Source: Hyperthermus butylicus DSM 5456 | GTDB lineage: Archaea > Thermoproteota > Thermoprotei_A > Sulfolobales > Pyrodictiaceae | Direction: 5' to 3' | NCBI RefSeq assembly: GCF_000015145.1 | Contig: NC_008818.1 | Location: 1,500,001-1,532,000, forward strand | DNA: 32,000 bases | Part shown: one piece after another, positions 8,765 to 17,440 of the stretch | Layout: every line of letters starts with the position of its first letter | How positions within the stretch are numbered: position 1 is the stretch's first letter | The notes under the pieces: model-generated | What the model was told of the DNA's origin: nothing | Database searches by the model: none | What the model saw: the letters and a program-made list of their open reading frames with translations, nothing else | Translations under genes and position numbers: made by a program

Positions 8765-10123
8765 TTGGCTAGGAAGGTCTTCATACTAGGCCTGGACTCT
8801 ATGCCTCCCAAGGTGCTCTACGAGGGTATGGACGGCGGGGGGTTCCAGTACCTCCGGCGAATAGTGGAGGAGTCTAGCCGCTACATACTCGAAACATGCC
8901 ACCCACCGATAACCGTGCCAGCCTGGATGGTCATGTTTACGGGTAAAACGCCCGGAGAGCTCGGGATCTACGGGTTCCGCCACAGGAAGCCCGGAGAGTT
9001 CGGCTACTACATAGTAAACAGCAGCTACATCAAATACCCGACAATCTGGGATGAAGCCGGTAGGAGGGGGCTACGCGTAGGAGTCTACGGAGTACCACCA
9101 ACCTACCCGCCGAGACCGGTGCACGGCTTCCTCGTAACCGACTTCACCACGCCGGGCCCCGAGAAGCCCTACACCTTCCCCCCATGGCTGCGCAGAGAGC
9201 TGGAGCACGTCGCCGGGCCAACAGTATTCGACATAGTCTACCGTAGCCATGACAAGCAAAGGGTCGCCAGGGACCTCTTCCACATGCTTGAAAACCATCA
9301 ACGCCAAGTAGAGTACCTCGCCACAAGGAAGCAGTGGGACCTCTTCATATACGTGGAGATAGCTGTGGATAGGGCGCACCACGCGTTCTGGAAGTACTTC
9401 GACAAGAGCCACCCACGCTACACCGAGCACCCCGAGTATAGCAGGGTCATACCCGAGCTCTACAGGAGAATCGACGAGTGGTTTGAAAAACTCCACAAGA
9501 ACCTGCCAAGGGACACAGTGATAGTCATAGCTAGCGACCACGGGATAAAACCGATGAAGGGCGCATTCACGATAAACCAGTGGCTCATGGAGCAAGGCTA
9601 CCTAAAACTAAAGGTAGACCCTGGCAAGCTAAAGCCAGGCACCGACCTCGAGGAAGACATGATCGACTGGGAGCACACGATAGCGTGGGCCTGGGGAGGC
9701 TACTACAGCCGAGTATTCATAAACCTGAAGGGGAGAGAAAAACGCGGCACCGTAGAGCCAAAATACTACGAGGAAACCGTGAAGCAACTCAAGCGGGACA
9801 TCGAGAAGATAACAGGACCCAATGGGGAGCAGTGGAGGAATATGGCCCACCAGCCAGAGGAGCTATACCCCATAGTACGGGGCGACGCGCCAGACCTCAT
9901 GGTGTACCTCGACAACCTAGACTGGAGGCCAGCAGGAACACTAGGCTGGCAAACAATGTACCTCCCGGAGAACGACCGAGGCCCAGACGACGCCGTACAC
10001 GACTGGCACGGAGTACTAGCAATCTACGACCCCGAAGGCACAATAGACAGAGGCGACAAGGGGGTAATTGGCATCGAGAAAGTATACAATCTCCTACGGG
10101 AAACGCTCATCTCCAAAGACTAG
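8765..10123 (+). CDS. alkaline phosphatase superfamily protein, type I phosphodiesterase/nucleotide pyrophosphatase-like
   Basis: The ORF is 452 aa with a TTG start. The nucleophile region is HPPITVPAWMVMFTGKTPGELGIYGF, and the metal-ligand motif is VIVIASDHG. A decayed paralogue lies at 13454-14760. Confidence 0.75.
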   Translation: MARKVFILGLDSMPPKVLYEGMDGGGFQYLRRIVEESSRYILETCHPPITVPAWMVMFTGKTPGELGIYGFRHRKPGEFGYYIVNSSYIKYPTIWDEAGRRGLRVGVYGVPPTYPPRPVHGFLVTDFTTPGPEKPYTFPPWLRRELEHVAGPTVFDIVYRSHDKQRVARDLFHMLENHQRQVEYLATRKQWDLFIYVEIAVDRAHHAFWKYFDKSHPRYTEHPEYSRVIPELYRRIDEWFEKLHKNLPRDTVIVIASDHGIKPMKGAFTINQWLMEQGYLKLKVDPGKLKPGTDLEEDMIDWEHTIAWAWGGYYSRVFINLKGREKRGTVEPKYYEETVKQLKRDIEKITGPNGEQWRNMAHQPEELYPIVRGDAPDLMVYLDNLDWRPAGTLGWQTMYLPENDRGPDDAVHDWHGVLAIYDPEGTIDRGDKGVIGIEKVYNLLRETLISKD

Positions 10124-10236
10124 CCCAAGCCTTTACAGTACTACACATCACTACCATCCATGAACGCGACATCACAATACGGCAAAGTGTGGGCGAGAAT
10201 AAGTAACCCTAGCCTCGTTCAGCTGGTAAGCCTGGT

Positions 10237-10458
10237 GTGGAAGGCTTGACAGAATACATCGAGGTACGTATACCGAGAGACCTATACGAGAAAGCAAAGA
10301 AGTTCGTAGAAGAGCAGGGCGGCTTCCAGAGCGTCGAGGAGCTTGTAGAGTTTCTCCTAAGGGAAGCGCTACTAATAGAGGAAGCCGGAGAACAAAAGAT
10401 AAGTAAAGAAGATGAGGAAAAAGTGAAAGAAAGACTTAAACAACTGGGCTACATATAG
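10237..10458 (+). CDS. ribbon-helix-helix protein, paralogue of 6389-6670, same LKxLGY(L/I) tail
   Basis: The 73-aa sequence is MEGLTEYIEVRIPRDLYEKAKKFVEEQGGFQSVEELVEFLLREALL...EDEEKVKERLKQLGYI, with a GTG start. GC is lower than in the 6389 copy, roughly 45% against 56% by eye. Confidence 0.6.
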   Translation: MEGLTEYIEVRIPRDLYEKAKKFVEEQGGFQSVEELVEFLLREALLIEEAGEQKISKEDEEKVKERLKQLGYI

Positions 10459-10689
10459 ACCCGTACCCTCAAGCAGAAAACGTTAGCCAGATTTATTTCT
10501 AACACATCCATCACTAAACAAGAGACAAAATATGGGCTTGCCGAACATCTTATCGTTACAGACAAAAAAAGGGGCAAACCAGACAGCTAACCATTAACAA
10601 TTAACAATATTTCTCCAGACCTTGCCCTGCCCTTGCCGGGTAAATCAATCAACACGTAATCACCGAGATAGAATGCGGGGCTAACTAGC

Positions 10690-11889
10690 ATGCACATACT
10701 TGTTGCACATCACCTTTGGCGTTTTGGCGGAGAAACAAGATTCAACCTCGATTTAGCAAGTGCTCTATGCAGACTCGGATATAGGGTTAGCATAGTATCT
10801 GTATCAAAACCTATCAAAGCTATTGAGAATGAACTAGCGGCTCTAGACTGTATAGAGAATAAGTACTACATAATACCGATAAGTCTACAGTTATTTGCTT
10901 TATATCAAAGGCTTATGCTTTATCGTGCGGTACGTAAGGCTTTGAAAAACACAAAAATAGACTTGCTATGGATTGACTCAAATACTTACAAGCCGCTAAT
11001 AAACAGCAGATCTAGCTCCTACAGGATAGTCGAGTATATACACTTTCCGCTCGAACTACTAAACCAGCGTACAATAAACCAGCTTCCAGATATTCTGCGC
11101 AAAGAAGTTACATCATATTTTTCAAAATACCTTGAATCAAGAAAATGGAAATTGTACCTAAAATTATTAAGCTTAGTTCAAAAAAGAGTTCAACGAGACA
11201 ATCCATTTACATCGGCCGATTTAGTCCTAGCAAACTCAAGGTATACAGGCGAGCTTGTTTACCATCTATGGGGAGAGAAGCCCTACATATTATACCCACC
11301 TGTCACAATAGAGGATTTTAAACACAAAGCACACAAAGGCTACGAAGAAAGAGACGCTAGCATCATCATGATTGGCAGGATCTCGAAAGAAAAGCGCTAC
11401 GAGATAGTCATAAAGGCAATTACCCATACTGATACTAAGCCTCGCCTACGCATAGTAGGCTCACTAGCGCCATCAGCGAAAAGCTACCTACAAAAGCTAA
11501 AGAAGCTAGCCAGAAACAACAACATAACCCTTGAAATCCACACAAACGTATCCAGAGAAAAACTAGTGCAGCTTGCAACGCAAAGCCGCATCTTTGTGCA
11601 TGCAACCATTGGCGAACACTTCGGCATAGCGGTAGTAGAAGCTATGGCGGCAGGCCTGCCCGTAATAGTTCATATGAGTGGCGGACCCTTCCACGATATT
11701 ATTGAGAAAGGAAAGTACGGCTACTATTACAAGACTGTTGAAGAGCTTGCACACCACATCGATAAATTGTTATCAAGTAAAAGAGAATGGAATCACTATC
11801 ACAAGCTCTCCCTAGAACGTGCATCAAACTTCTCATTCGCTAACTTCGTCAAGAGATTAGAAGTTTTACTGAGCTTCATACAAACTTGA
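10690..11889 (+). CDS. GT-B glycosyltransferase, family 4/1-like
   Basis: The ORF is 399 aa. The N-terminus MHILVAHHLWRFGGETRFNLDLASALCRLGYRVSIVS matches the GT4-type start. The C-terminal E-x7-E motif is EHFGIAVVEAMAAGLPVIV. Confidence 0.8.
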   Translation: MHILVAHHLWRFGGETRFNLDLASALCRLGYRVSIVSVSKPIKAIENELAALDCIENKYYIIPISLQLFALYQRLMLYRAVRKALKNTKIDLLWIDSNTYKPLINSRSSSYRIVEYIHFPLELLNQRTINQLPDILRKEVTSYFSKYLESRKWKLYLKLLSLVQKRVQRDNPFTSADLVLANSRYTGELVYHLWGEKPYILYPPVTIEDFKHKAHKGYEERDASIIMIGRISKEKRYEIVIKAITHTDTKPRLRIVGSLAPSAKSYLQKLKKLARNNNITLEIHTNVSREKLVQLATQSRIFVHATIGEHFGIAVVEAMAAGLPVIVHMSGGPFHDIIEKGKYGYYYKTVEELAHHIDKLLSSKREWNHYHKLSLERASNFSFANFVKRLEVLLSFIQT

Positions 11890-11985
11890 ATATGCTGAAA
11901 CTATTTCAATGATTAATGCTTTTGAACATACAATCTAAAATTTAAAAATCTTGGTAATTCGATTGTAAAGCTTTAGGGAAGATAG

Positions 11986-13266
11986 GTGATGTACACCGGT
12001 GTTGTAGGCTTTTCTTCATATTTCCCTCCAAATGTAAGATCATGTTCTGAACTGTTGTATCTTCGAAGGAAAGCTGGCAGAATGCTTGGTTGGTCAACAT
12101 ATATTCTGGCAAGCCTCAAAAAATATGGTTCACGCTTTGATATACTCTACTCGATTATACCATCACTCTGTCAACACAATAGATATACCATACGTAGCGA
12201 ATTCGGAGTTAATGTTGATATTGTTGAGTTCCCTGTACGCCGAATCGTGAAGAATATCTATGATTACAAAGACTATAATGCAATAGTATCATTCATATCA
12301 AATATTAATAAGGAGGAACTCATAATCTATACACATAATCTATTTTCACTTAATTTTGCATATGAGTTATTGATTTTCTTCTCTAAACTAAAGAAAATAA
12401 ACAAAAATATAACTATAGTCGCACATCAACATTCACAGCCACCATTCAAGTACTATAGCGAGTCCCTTGGTAAGCTAAAGGGTAGCGCAATAGGTGTTGC
12501 CGGTGAATTTCTGTTTAAGCTTTTACACAAGTATATAGACGGCTACGTAGTATCAAACAAAAAGACGTTTCATTATCTCGTTGATGAGATGAACATAGAC
12601 CCCAGTACAGTACTATATCAACACGTTGGCGTTGACTATGAGAATGTCAACCCAGCCAAATATCGTGCCTACATGCATATAGTCGAAGAAAAGGTATGGA
12701 AAAACTGTGATTACAGATTGGTGCTTGTATCAAAGGTTACACGTAACTATGGAGGCTATGTGAAAGGCGTAGATCTAGTGCCCCATGTTGTCAGTATGCT
12801 TAGAAAATTAGGGTATAGAGCATGCATAGCTGTTATAGGCGAAATACTCGACAAAGAGCTTGCGTTAAAACTTAAATCAACAAATGGTATAATTTTAACG
12901 GATCACCTACCCCGCGATGAAGTTTTTAAAATAGTTGCATCATCTGACCTATATATCTTGCCAGCAAGGAGCAATTACTATTATGGTGGTATTGGTGTCG
13001 CTGTCATCGAGGCACTCGCCTTAAACATTCCCGTAGTATCGCCTACACTTGAGCATGTACCTGACGAGCGCGTAGTGAAGTACCTCGGGGTAAAAGCAAA
13101 ATGGGTGGATACAGCTGGCATATCTAGATTCGTACGAGATATCGTGCATGCGTTAGACAATATTACACAGTTCAGGCCGAGGCAGTACTCGATAAGGTTT
13201 TACGACATACGTATAATGGTTAATAACCTCGAAAAATTATTTACATCATTGACAAGGAAAATCTAG
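11986..13266 (+). CDS. GT-B glycosyltransferase-like protein (divergent)
   Basis: The ORF is 426 aa and very AT-rich. The C-terminal region LYILPARSNYYYGGIGVAVIEALALNIPVVSP resembles the GT1/GT4 sugar-nucleotide binding motif, but the first Glu of E-x7-E is replaced by Gly. The start is uncertain. Confidence 0.6.
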   Translation: MMYTGVVGFSSYFPPNVRSCSELLYLRRKAGRMLGWSTYILASLKKYGSRFDILYSIIPSLCQHNRYTIRSEFGVNVDIVEFPVRRIVKNIYDYKDYNAIVSFISNINKEELIIYTHNLFSLNFAYELLIFFSKLKKINKNITIVAHQHSQPPFKYYSESLGKLKGSAIGVAGEFLFKLLHKYIDGYVVSNKKTFHYLVDEMNIDPSTVLYQHVGVDYENVNPAKYRAYMHIVEEKVWKNCDYRLVLVSKVTRNYGGYVKGVDLVPHVVSMLRKLGYRACIAVIGEILDKELALKLKSTNGIILTDHLPRDEVFKIVASSDLYILPARSNYYYGGIGVAVIEALALNIPVVSPTLEHVPDERVVKYLGVKAKWVDTAGISRFVRDIVHALDNITQFRPRQYSIRFYDIRIMVNNLEKLFTSLTRKI

Positions 13267-13453
13267 TGAATCACCATTGTTATACACATCATTGTATATT
13301 ACTTCTTATGTAAGTTCTATATTACCCTAGAGCCGACTTTCTTATTACCTTAACTATTTCATATTTTGTAATTGTAATTCGCTGTTTTGCACACAATGCC
13401 CATTCTTTCACACAGTCTGGAATCTGTATCGTGTGGTAGGGGGAGCCCGAGTG

Positions 13454-14760
13454 CTAGTAATATGAGAGCAGCATAGTCCAGGGTTCACGTATAGCCTTTG
13501 CAGCCTCCATTAGGATAGGGTCATCCTTTGGTGTTACAGCTATGTGGATGTTCATGGGATGATTGCCAGTGCTGCCGAAACTTTGTCTATTGGTGGAGCG
13601 TAGAGGTTGAACTTGCGAAACTATAGCCTTTCCTTGGTACGACGACGAGGTGCTGTGCACGGCCACTATATGGGCCATAGAATATTCCGCCACGTCCTCT
13701 TACTATGCTATGTATGAACTTATGACTGCTCTCTTCCTCGAATTTCCTGAGAGCATGAATAACCCGGTTTATAGTCCTCTCTACATCGTGCACTACTCTT
13801 GTGTTTATATAGATCCCATAGTTTGATTCTTGCACCACAATGACAGGGCTATTATCTTCATCTACTACGGGTCTCTCCACATGCAATACAAATCTCCGTA
13901 GTGCTCCAATCCTGGCAACAAGGGCCCTACCAATACTCGTTATCATCTTTCCTGTCACACTGTTCTTCATGAATATGTTCACTACCCTAGCATCGGGGCT
14001 CTTTCTATACGCTGTTTTCCTATCATGCCTTCTCTTATGGGCTTGAACTCAGGCTTTACAAGGCCGTAATCGTATAGTATGTGAGGCACTTAAACACGGT
14101 AGTACGTTCTACCATTGCCATGGTCACTTACAACTAGTACAAGACCATCGTCAAGAAAGAGAGGCGAGAGTATCTCTCCTACAAGTTCGTCGAGTAGCTC
14201 TAATATCCTGCGCATACATTCATCGTGCGGGCCATAGGCCTCCTCAGCATGCCCATGAAGTACTGCATCCACGAATCCAAGCATTATAAATACGTAAGCT
14301 TTATCGCCTAGGAGGCCTCTACGCGACGCTTTGAGGAGTGTTTCAAGGACAGTCATATCGTGGAATACAAACTCGCAGATACCACTTCTCGAATCATTAT
14401 TCTCTGCCGCAGTATCGCGTTGCATTTTCATAAATCTCATCAAGTCATGCTGGGCTAGCATGGCTTCTTGGCGATAACCAGTCGGCTATTAATGCTCCCG
14501 AAACGGCATGCGTGGCCGCAAGGATGATGGTTAGGTTGACCACTCCCATCTCATGTTTTCCGGGGCTTACTCCGCTTGTAATACCTGTCCACATGGATGT
14601 GGTATAAGGTTGGAATTATATCATATGGATCTGAGGGTGCCACATGACTCTAGCTCGGCGAATGATTTAAGGCCGCCATGTCCTCTAAGGCTCCGGTAGA
14701 CGTTGAGGAATAGCCCATCAATGCTGAATAGAAGTGCTCTATACTTGTTCGTGCCAATTA
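13454..14760 (-). pseudogene. decayed type I phosphodiesterase/alkaline phosphatase family gene (paralogue of 8765-10123)
   Basis: Hand translation recovers collinear fragments in shifting frames. These are KYRALLFSIDGLFLNVYRSL (about 14745), SMWTGITSGVSPGKHEMG (about 14560), LVLVVSDHGNG (ORF 14090-14461, ending in an in-frame TAA at 14090), YGIYINTR...RTINRVIHALRKF (ORF 13587-13982) and GNHPMNIHIAVTPKD (ORF 13454-13693). Each matches the corresponding region of the intact 452-aa paralogue. There are at least 4-5 frameshifts or stops. Confidence 0.6.
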
Positions 14761-14857
14761 CGCGCACCACCCTTCATCAAGTGTCTACTGCTGCCAGGAG
14801 CGTGCTTTGCATGTACTGTGATGTTAAAAATGGCTTGGTGTATTCATAGGCGAGTGT

Positions 14858-15697
14858 TTAGCTTGTCGTGGTTGCCATTGCTTCTTCTACTTGTTTTCTT
14901 TGTTGTGCTTTCTTTTTGCCTAGCTTGATGGCTATGTGGAGTGGTATGTAGAGGCTTAGGCCTATTATGAGCATGCCTAGGCCGCTGGGGTCGGGGGAGA
15001 TTATTGCGCCTACGATCATTGTGCCTAGGAGTATGTACTTCATTGTGGTGGGGGTGAAGTGGTCTGGGCTTATTATGCCGTAGGCTAGGAGGAGGTATAT
15101 GACGATGGGTGTTTCGAAGAGTAATCCGAATGCTATTGCGAGCTTGATTACGAAGTCTACTACCGTGCTTATCCTTATTGTTAGTAGGAATTTGTAGCCT
15201 GACGGTACGAGTGGTGGGTAGAGCTTGAGCATCATCGTGTATATGAATGGCGCCACTATGTATATTGCGAAGAATACTCCGAAGAGGAATGCTGCTACGA
15301 AGAGGAACATGAAGCGTTTTGCGAAGCGCTTCTCGTGGGGGTAGAGTGCTGGCTCTACGTAGGCCCATATCTCCCGTGCAGCTATCGGTGTTGAGCCCAT
15401 AACTCCGAGGAGGAGGATACCCTCAACCATTATCTGTATCGATTCGAACTCTGTGCTGGGGAGTATCGTGACGTTATAGGTGTGCCCATCAAACGTGGTT
15501 ATCTGCTTTGGAACAGTGTGAGCCACAATCAGGCTTGGAAGCTTCGCGGCCAAGGGAACGTAGAGTAGGCCACCCTTACCCGCCGGAATAACCGAGAGCA
15601 CAAGTGCAGATATGATAAACGCTATGATTATTCTACGTAGCCTAATGGCGAGCTCTGTTAGGTGCTCCCAGATGCTAGCCTCCCTATCCTCAGCCAA
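14858..15697 (-). CDS. tatC: twin-arginine translocase subunit TatC
   Basis: The ORF is 279 aa. The N-terminal signature is IWEHLTELAIRLRRIIIAFIISALV, followed by a six-TM pattern. The gene lies directly downstream of tatA. Confidence 0.85.
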   Translation of the reverse strand: MAEDREASIWEHLTELAIRLRRIIIAFIISALVLSVIPAGKGGLLYVPLAAKLPSLIVAHTVPKQITTFDGHTYNVTILPSTEFESIQIMVEGILLLGVMGSTPIAAREIWAYVEPALYPHEKRFAKRFMFLFVAAFLFGVFFAIYIVAPFIYTMMLKLYPPLVPSGYKFLLTIRISTVVDFVIKLAIAFGLLFETPIVIYLLLAYGIISPDHFTPTTMKYILLGTMIVGAIISPDPSGLGMLIIGLSLYIPLHIAIKLGKKKAQQRKQVEEAMATTTS

Positions 15698-15813
15698 GGG
15701 GCGCTGCCCCCTCCCTCCACGCGGCGGCCGTGTGTCTGGCCCATAGCCTAGGGGCTCCGGGGTGCTGGTGGCTGCTCCGTTTTTCTTATACTGCTATCTT
15801 GGCTTGGGGCGGC

Positions 15814-16149
15814 CTACTTTTTCTCCGAGACCTTTATCTCGTCGAGGAGACCCTTCTTCTTTGCCTCGTTTATTATCTCGGTTATGAGGTCGTCCTTGCT
15901 CTTCTCCTTAGTCTCTATACCGAGCTTCTCGGCTAGCTTCTTAATCGTCTCCTCGTCGACGCCCTCCAGTTCCCTCCTCGTCTTCTCTGTCTTTCTTTCC
16001 TCCTCTAGGAGGCCTTGGGAGGCCTTCCTAAACTCGTAGAGTGCTTGTCCCAGGCCGCGGGCTAGCTGTGGCAGCTTGGTGGGCCCGAATATGAGCAGTA
16101 TTATTACGAGGATTATTACCCACTCCATGCCCTGAAGGAACTCGAACAC
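15814..16149 (-). CDS. tatA: twin-arginine translocase subunit TatA/E
   Basis: The ORF is 111 aa with a GTG start preceded by GGAGG. A TM helix plus hinge and amphipathic helix read WVIILVIILLIFGPTKLPQLARGLGQALYEFRKA, matching the TatA consensus FG-x2-KLP...F+. The C-terminal tail is rich in Lys and Glu. Confidence 0.8.
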   Translation of the reverse strand: MFEFLQGMEWVIILVIILLIFGPTKLPQLARGLGQALYEFRKASQGLLEEERKTEKTRRELEGVDEETIKKLAEKLGIETKEKSKDDLITEIINEAKKKGLLDEIKVSEKK

Positions 16150-16288
16150 TGCTCAACGCCTCCCCGACTGGTTCTCCCTCTACGCCTCGTTTCCGGGTTT
16201 CTCCGTGACGAGTTGTGTTGGTTCTGGGTGGATATATGTGTTGTATCGTAGGGTATCGGCTTGCTCTTGTGTTGAGGCTTGGCTCTCC

Positions 16289-17002
16289 TCATATCTCTGC
16301 GAGGGGCTTTGAGAGCAACGTAGCTATCACCGTGAAGGCTACAGCTACTCCTGCGAGTAGTGCTGTGTCGCCTAGTGTTGCTAGGCCTGCAGCGGCGTAG
16401 CCTAGGGGCTGGACTGCCTGTTGCAGGTATGGTGTTAGGAGGCCTGCAAGCACTACTATGGAGAGTAGGCTCCGGGACTCACTGTACACTATCATGAAGG
16501 AGGTTAGTGCTGCAGCGGCGGAAAAGTATAGGCTCACCACCATAACCATGGCTATGTATGCTGGTGATACTAGCTGGCTCCAGGAGGCTAGGAACGCTGT
16601 TGACAACGCGTAGGCTAGGGAGAGGCTGGCTACAAGCATGTAGATGTAGGCGAGTTTGGCCAGGAACAGCTCCTCCGGCGGGATAGCGGATGCGCGGAGC
16701 CCGTCGAGCGTGCCCTTCTCGGCCTCACGCAGCACAGCAAGGAACCCAGCGGCAAGGGATACAATGAGCATTGTGAGGATTTGGCCTGCTGCGAGCACCG
16801 CCGCTGCATCCTCGTACTCCGCTATAGGTGCTGCTGGCCCGGAAACCATGTAGGATGAAGCTAGGCCCGCCACACCAGCGACGATGAGCAGCGCTGCTGG
16901 CTCCTGCCAGCGCCTCATAGTGGATAGGAGATCCTTACGCAGCAGCGCGGCAAAGGCTAGCGGCAAGGCTGGCAAAACCCCGCGACGGTGGGGTGGGGGC
17001 AC
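16289..17002 (-). CDS. ccmB: heme exporter permease CcmB-like (ABC-2 type)
   Basis: This is a 237-aa protein with about 6 TM helices. The N-terminus FAALLRKDLLSTMRRWQEPAALLIV resembles the start of CcmB. It sits within the ccm operon beside ccmE, ccmC and ccmA. The call leans on gene context. Confidence 0.6.
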   Translation of the reverse strand: MPPPHRRGVLPALPLAFAALLRKDLLSTMRRWQEPAALLIVAGVAGLASSYMVSGPAAPIAEYEDAAAVLAAGQILTMLIVSLAAGFLAVLREAEKGTLDGLRASAIPPEELFLAKLAYIYMLVASLSLAYALSTAFLASWSQLVSPAYIAMVMVVSLYFSAAAALTSFMIVYSESRSLLSIVVLAGLLTPYLQQAVQPLGYAAAGLATLGDTALLAGVAVAFTVIATLLSKPLAEI

Positions 17003-17011
17003 GAAGAAGGC

Positions 17012-17440
17012 TTAGTCCTTTATCGCTGGCTGACTGTAGCCGCTGTGGCAGCCCTCGAGGATGTCTATTACGCGTAGGGTCCCGGTTGCCGGGTCGTAGA
17101 CGCCCTCTACCACGACGCTGTCTGGGTCCCAGCGCAGGTACTGTATCGGGCCATACTTCTTCTCGATATACTCGGCATCGGCCACTGCTAAGAGTTTACT
17201 ACCATCGCGGCCCTCTAGTACGAGGTATAGCTTGCGGCTAGCCTGGTCATAGTGGAGGCTTGCAAGCCTACCCTTGACCGTTACCTTGGCCTCCCTAACG
17301 AGTTTAACCACGTCCGAGACATCCATGTAGCTGCTACCCTTTACCGCATAGTAGCCTATCACCGCGAAGGCGGCGAAGAGTACTATTGCTGCGAGTATAG
17401 GCTTAGCCTTGCCAGCCGCCACTATTCCCAGCCCCACCAC
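17012..17440 (-). CDS. ccmE: cytochrome c maturation heme chaperone CcmE, CxxxY variant
   Basis: The ORF is 142 aa, with an N-terminal anchor helix and an OB-fold-like body (VTVKGRLASLHYDQASRKLYLVLEG). The C-terminal heme-attachment motif is EGCHSGY (nt 17036-17050), where bacterial CcmE has HxxxY. Confidence 0.8.
   Translation of the reverse strand: MVGLGIVAAGKAKPILAAIVLFAAFAVIGYYAVKGSSYMDVSDVVKLVREAKVTVKGRLASLHYDQASRKLYLVLEGRDGSKLLAVADAEYIEKKYGPIQYLRWDPDSVVVEGVYDPATGTLRVIDILEGCHSGYSQPAIKD

Larger units (their letters stand above)
10130..14850. other. low-GC genomic island (probable horizontal acquisition): RHH paralogue, two glycosyltransferases, decayed phosphodiesterase
   Basis: Hand counts on 60-nt lines give 42% GC at 10741-10800 and 23% at 12301-12360. 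The flanks give 53% at 9901-9960 and 63% at 17041-17100. Codon usage switches to A/T-ending codons. No integrase, transposase, tRNA or terminal repeats were found. Confidence 0.6.

Noticed and set aside
8611-8811. 66-aa minus-strand ORF between vapB and the phosphodiesterase gene
   Set aside because: It has no motif, it overlaps the start of the phosphodiesterase gene, and its composition is unremarkable. It is probably spurious.
9580-10206. 208-aa plus-strand ORF, extremely Arg-rich
   Set aside because: It is an alternative frame of the phosphodiesterase gene (8765-10123). The RG/RP/RR-rich sequence is typical of off-frame translation of high-GC coding DNA.
10460-14860. Integrase, transposase, terminal inverted repeats or a tRNA attachment site at the island borders
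   Set aside because: None was found by eye. Only short local tandems were seen (attaacaattaaca at about 10594, tgtaattgtaatt at about 13366). The region is therefore called a compositional island rather than a mobile element.
14844-15368. 174-aa minus-strand ORF, very rich in R, H, N, P and T
   Set aside because: It lies entirely inside the well-supported tatC gene in another frame. The low-complexity composition is a by-product of the local G+T skew, so it is a shadow ORF.
15441-15448. GATTCGAA (reverse complement of a tRNA T-loop-like TTCGAATC)
   Set aside because: It lies inside the tatC coding sequence with no flanking acceptor or anticodon stem complementarity. I could support no tRNA anywhere in the window.
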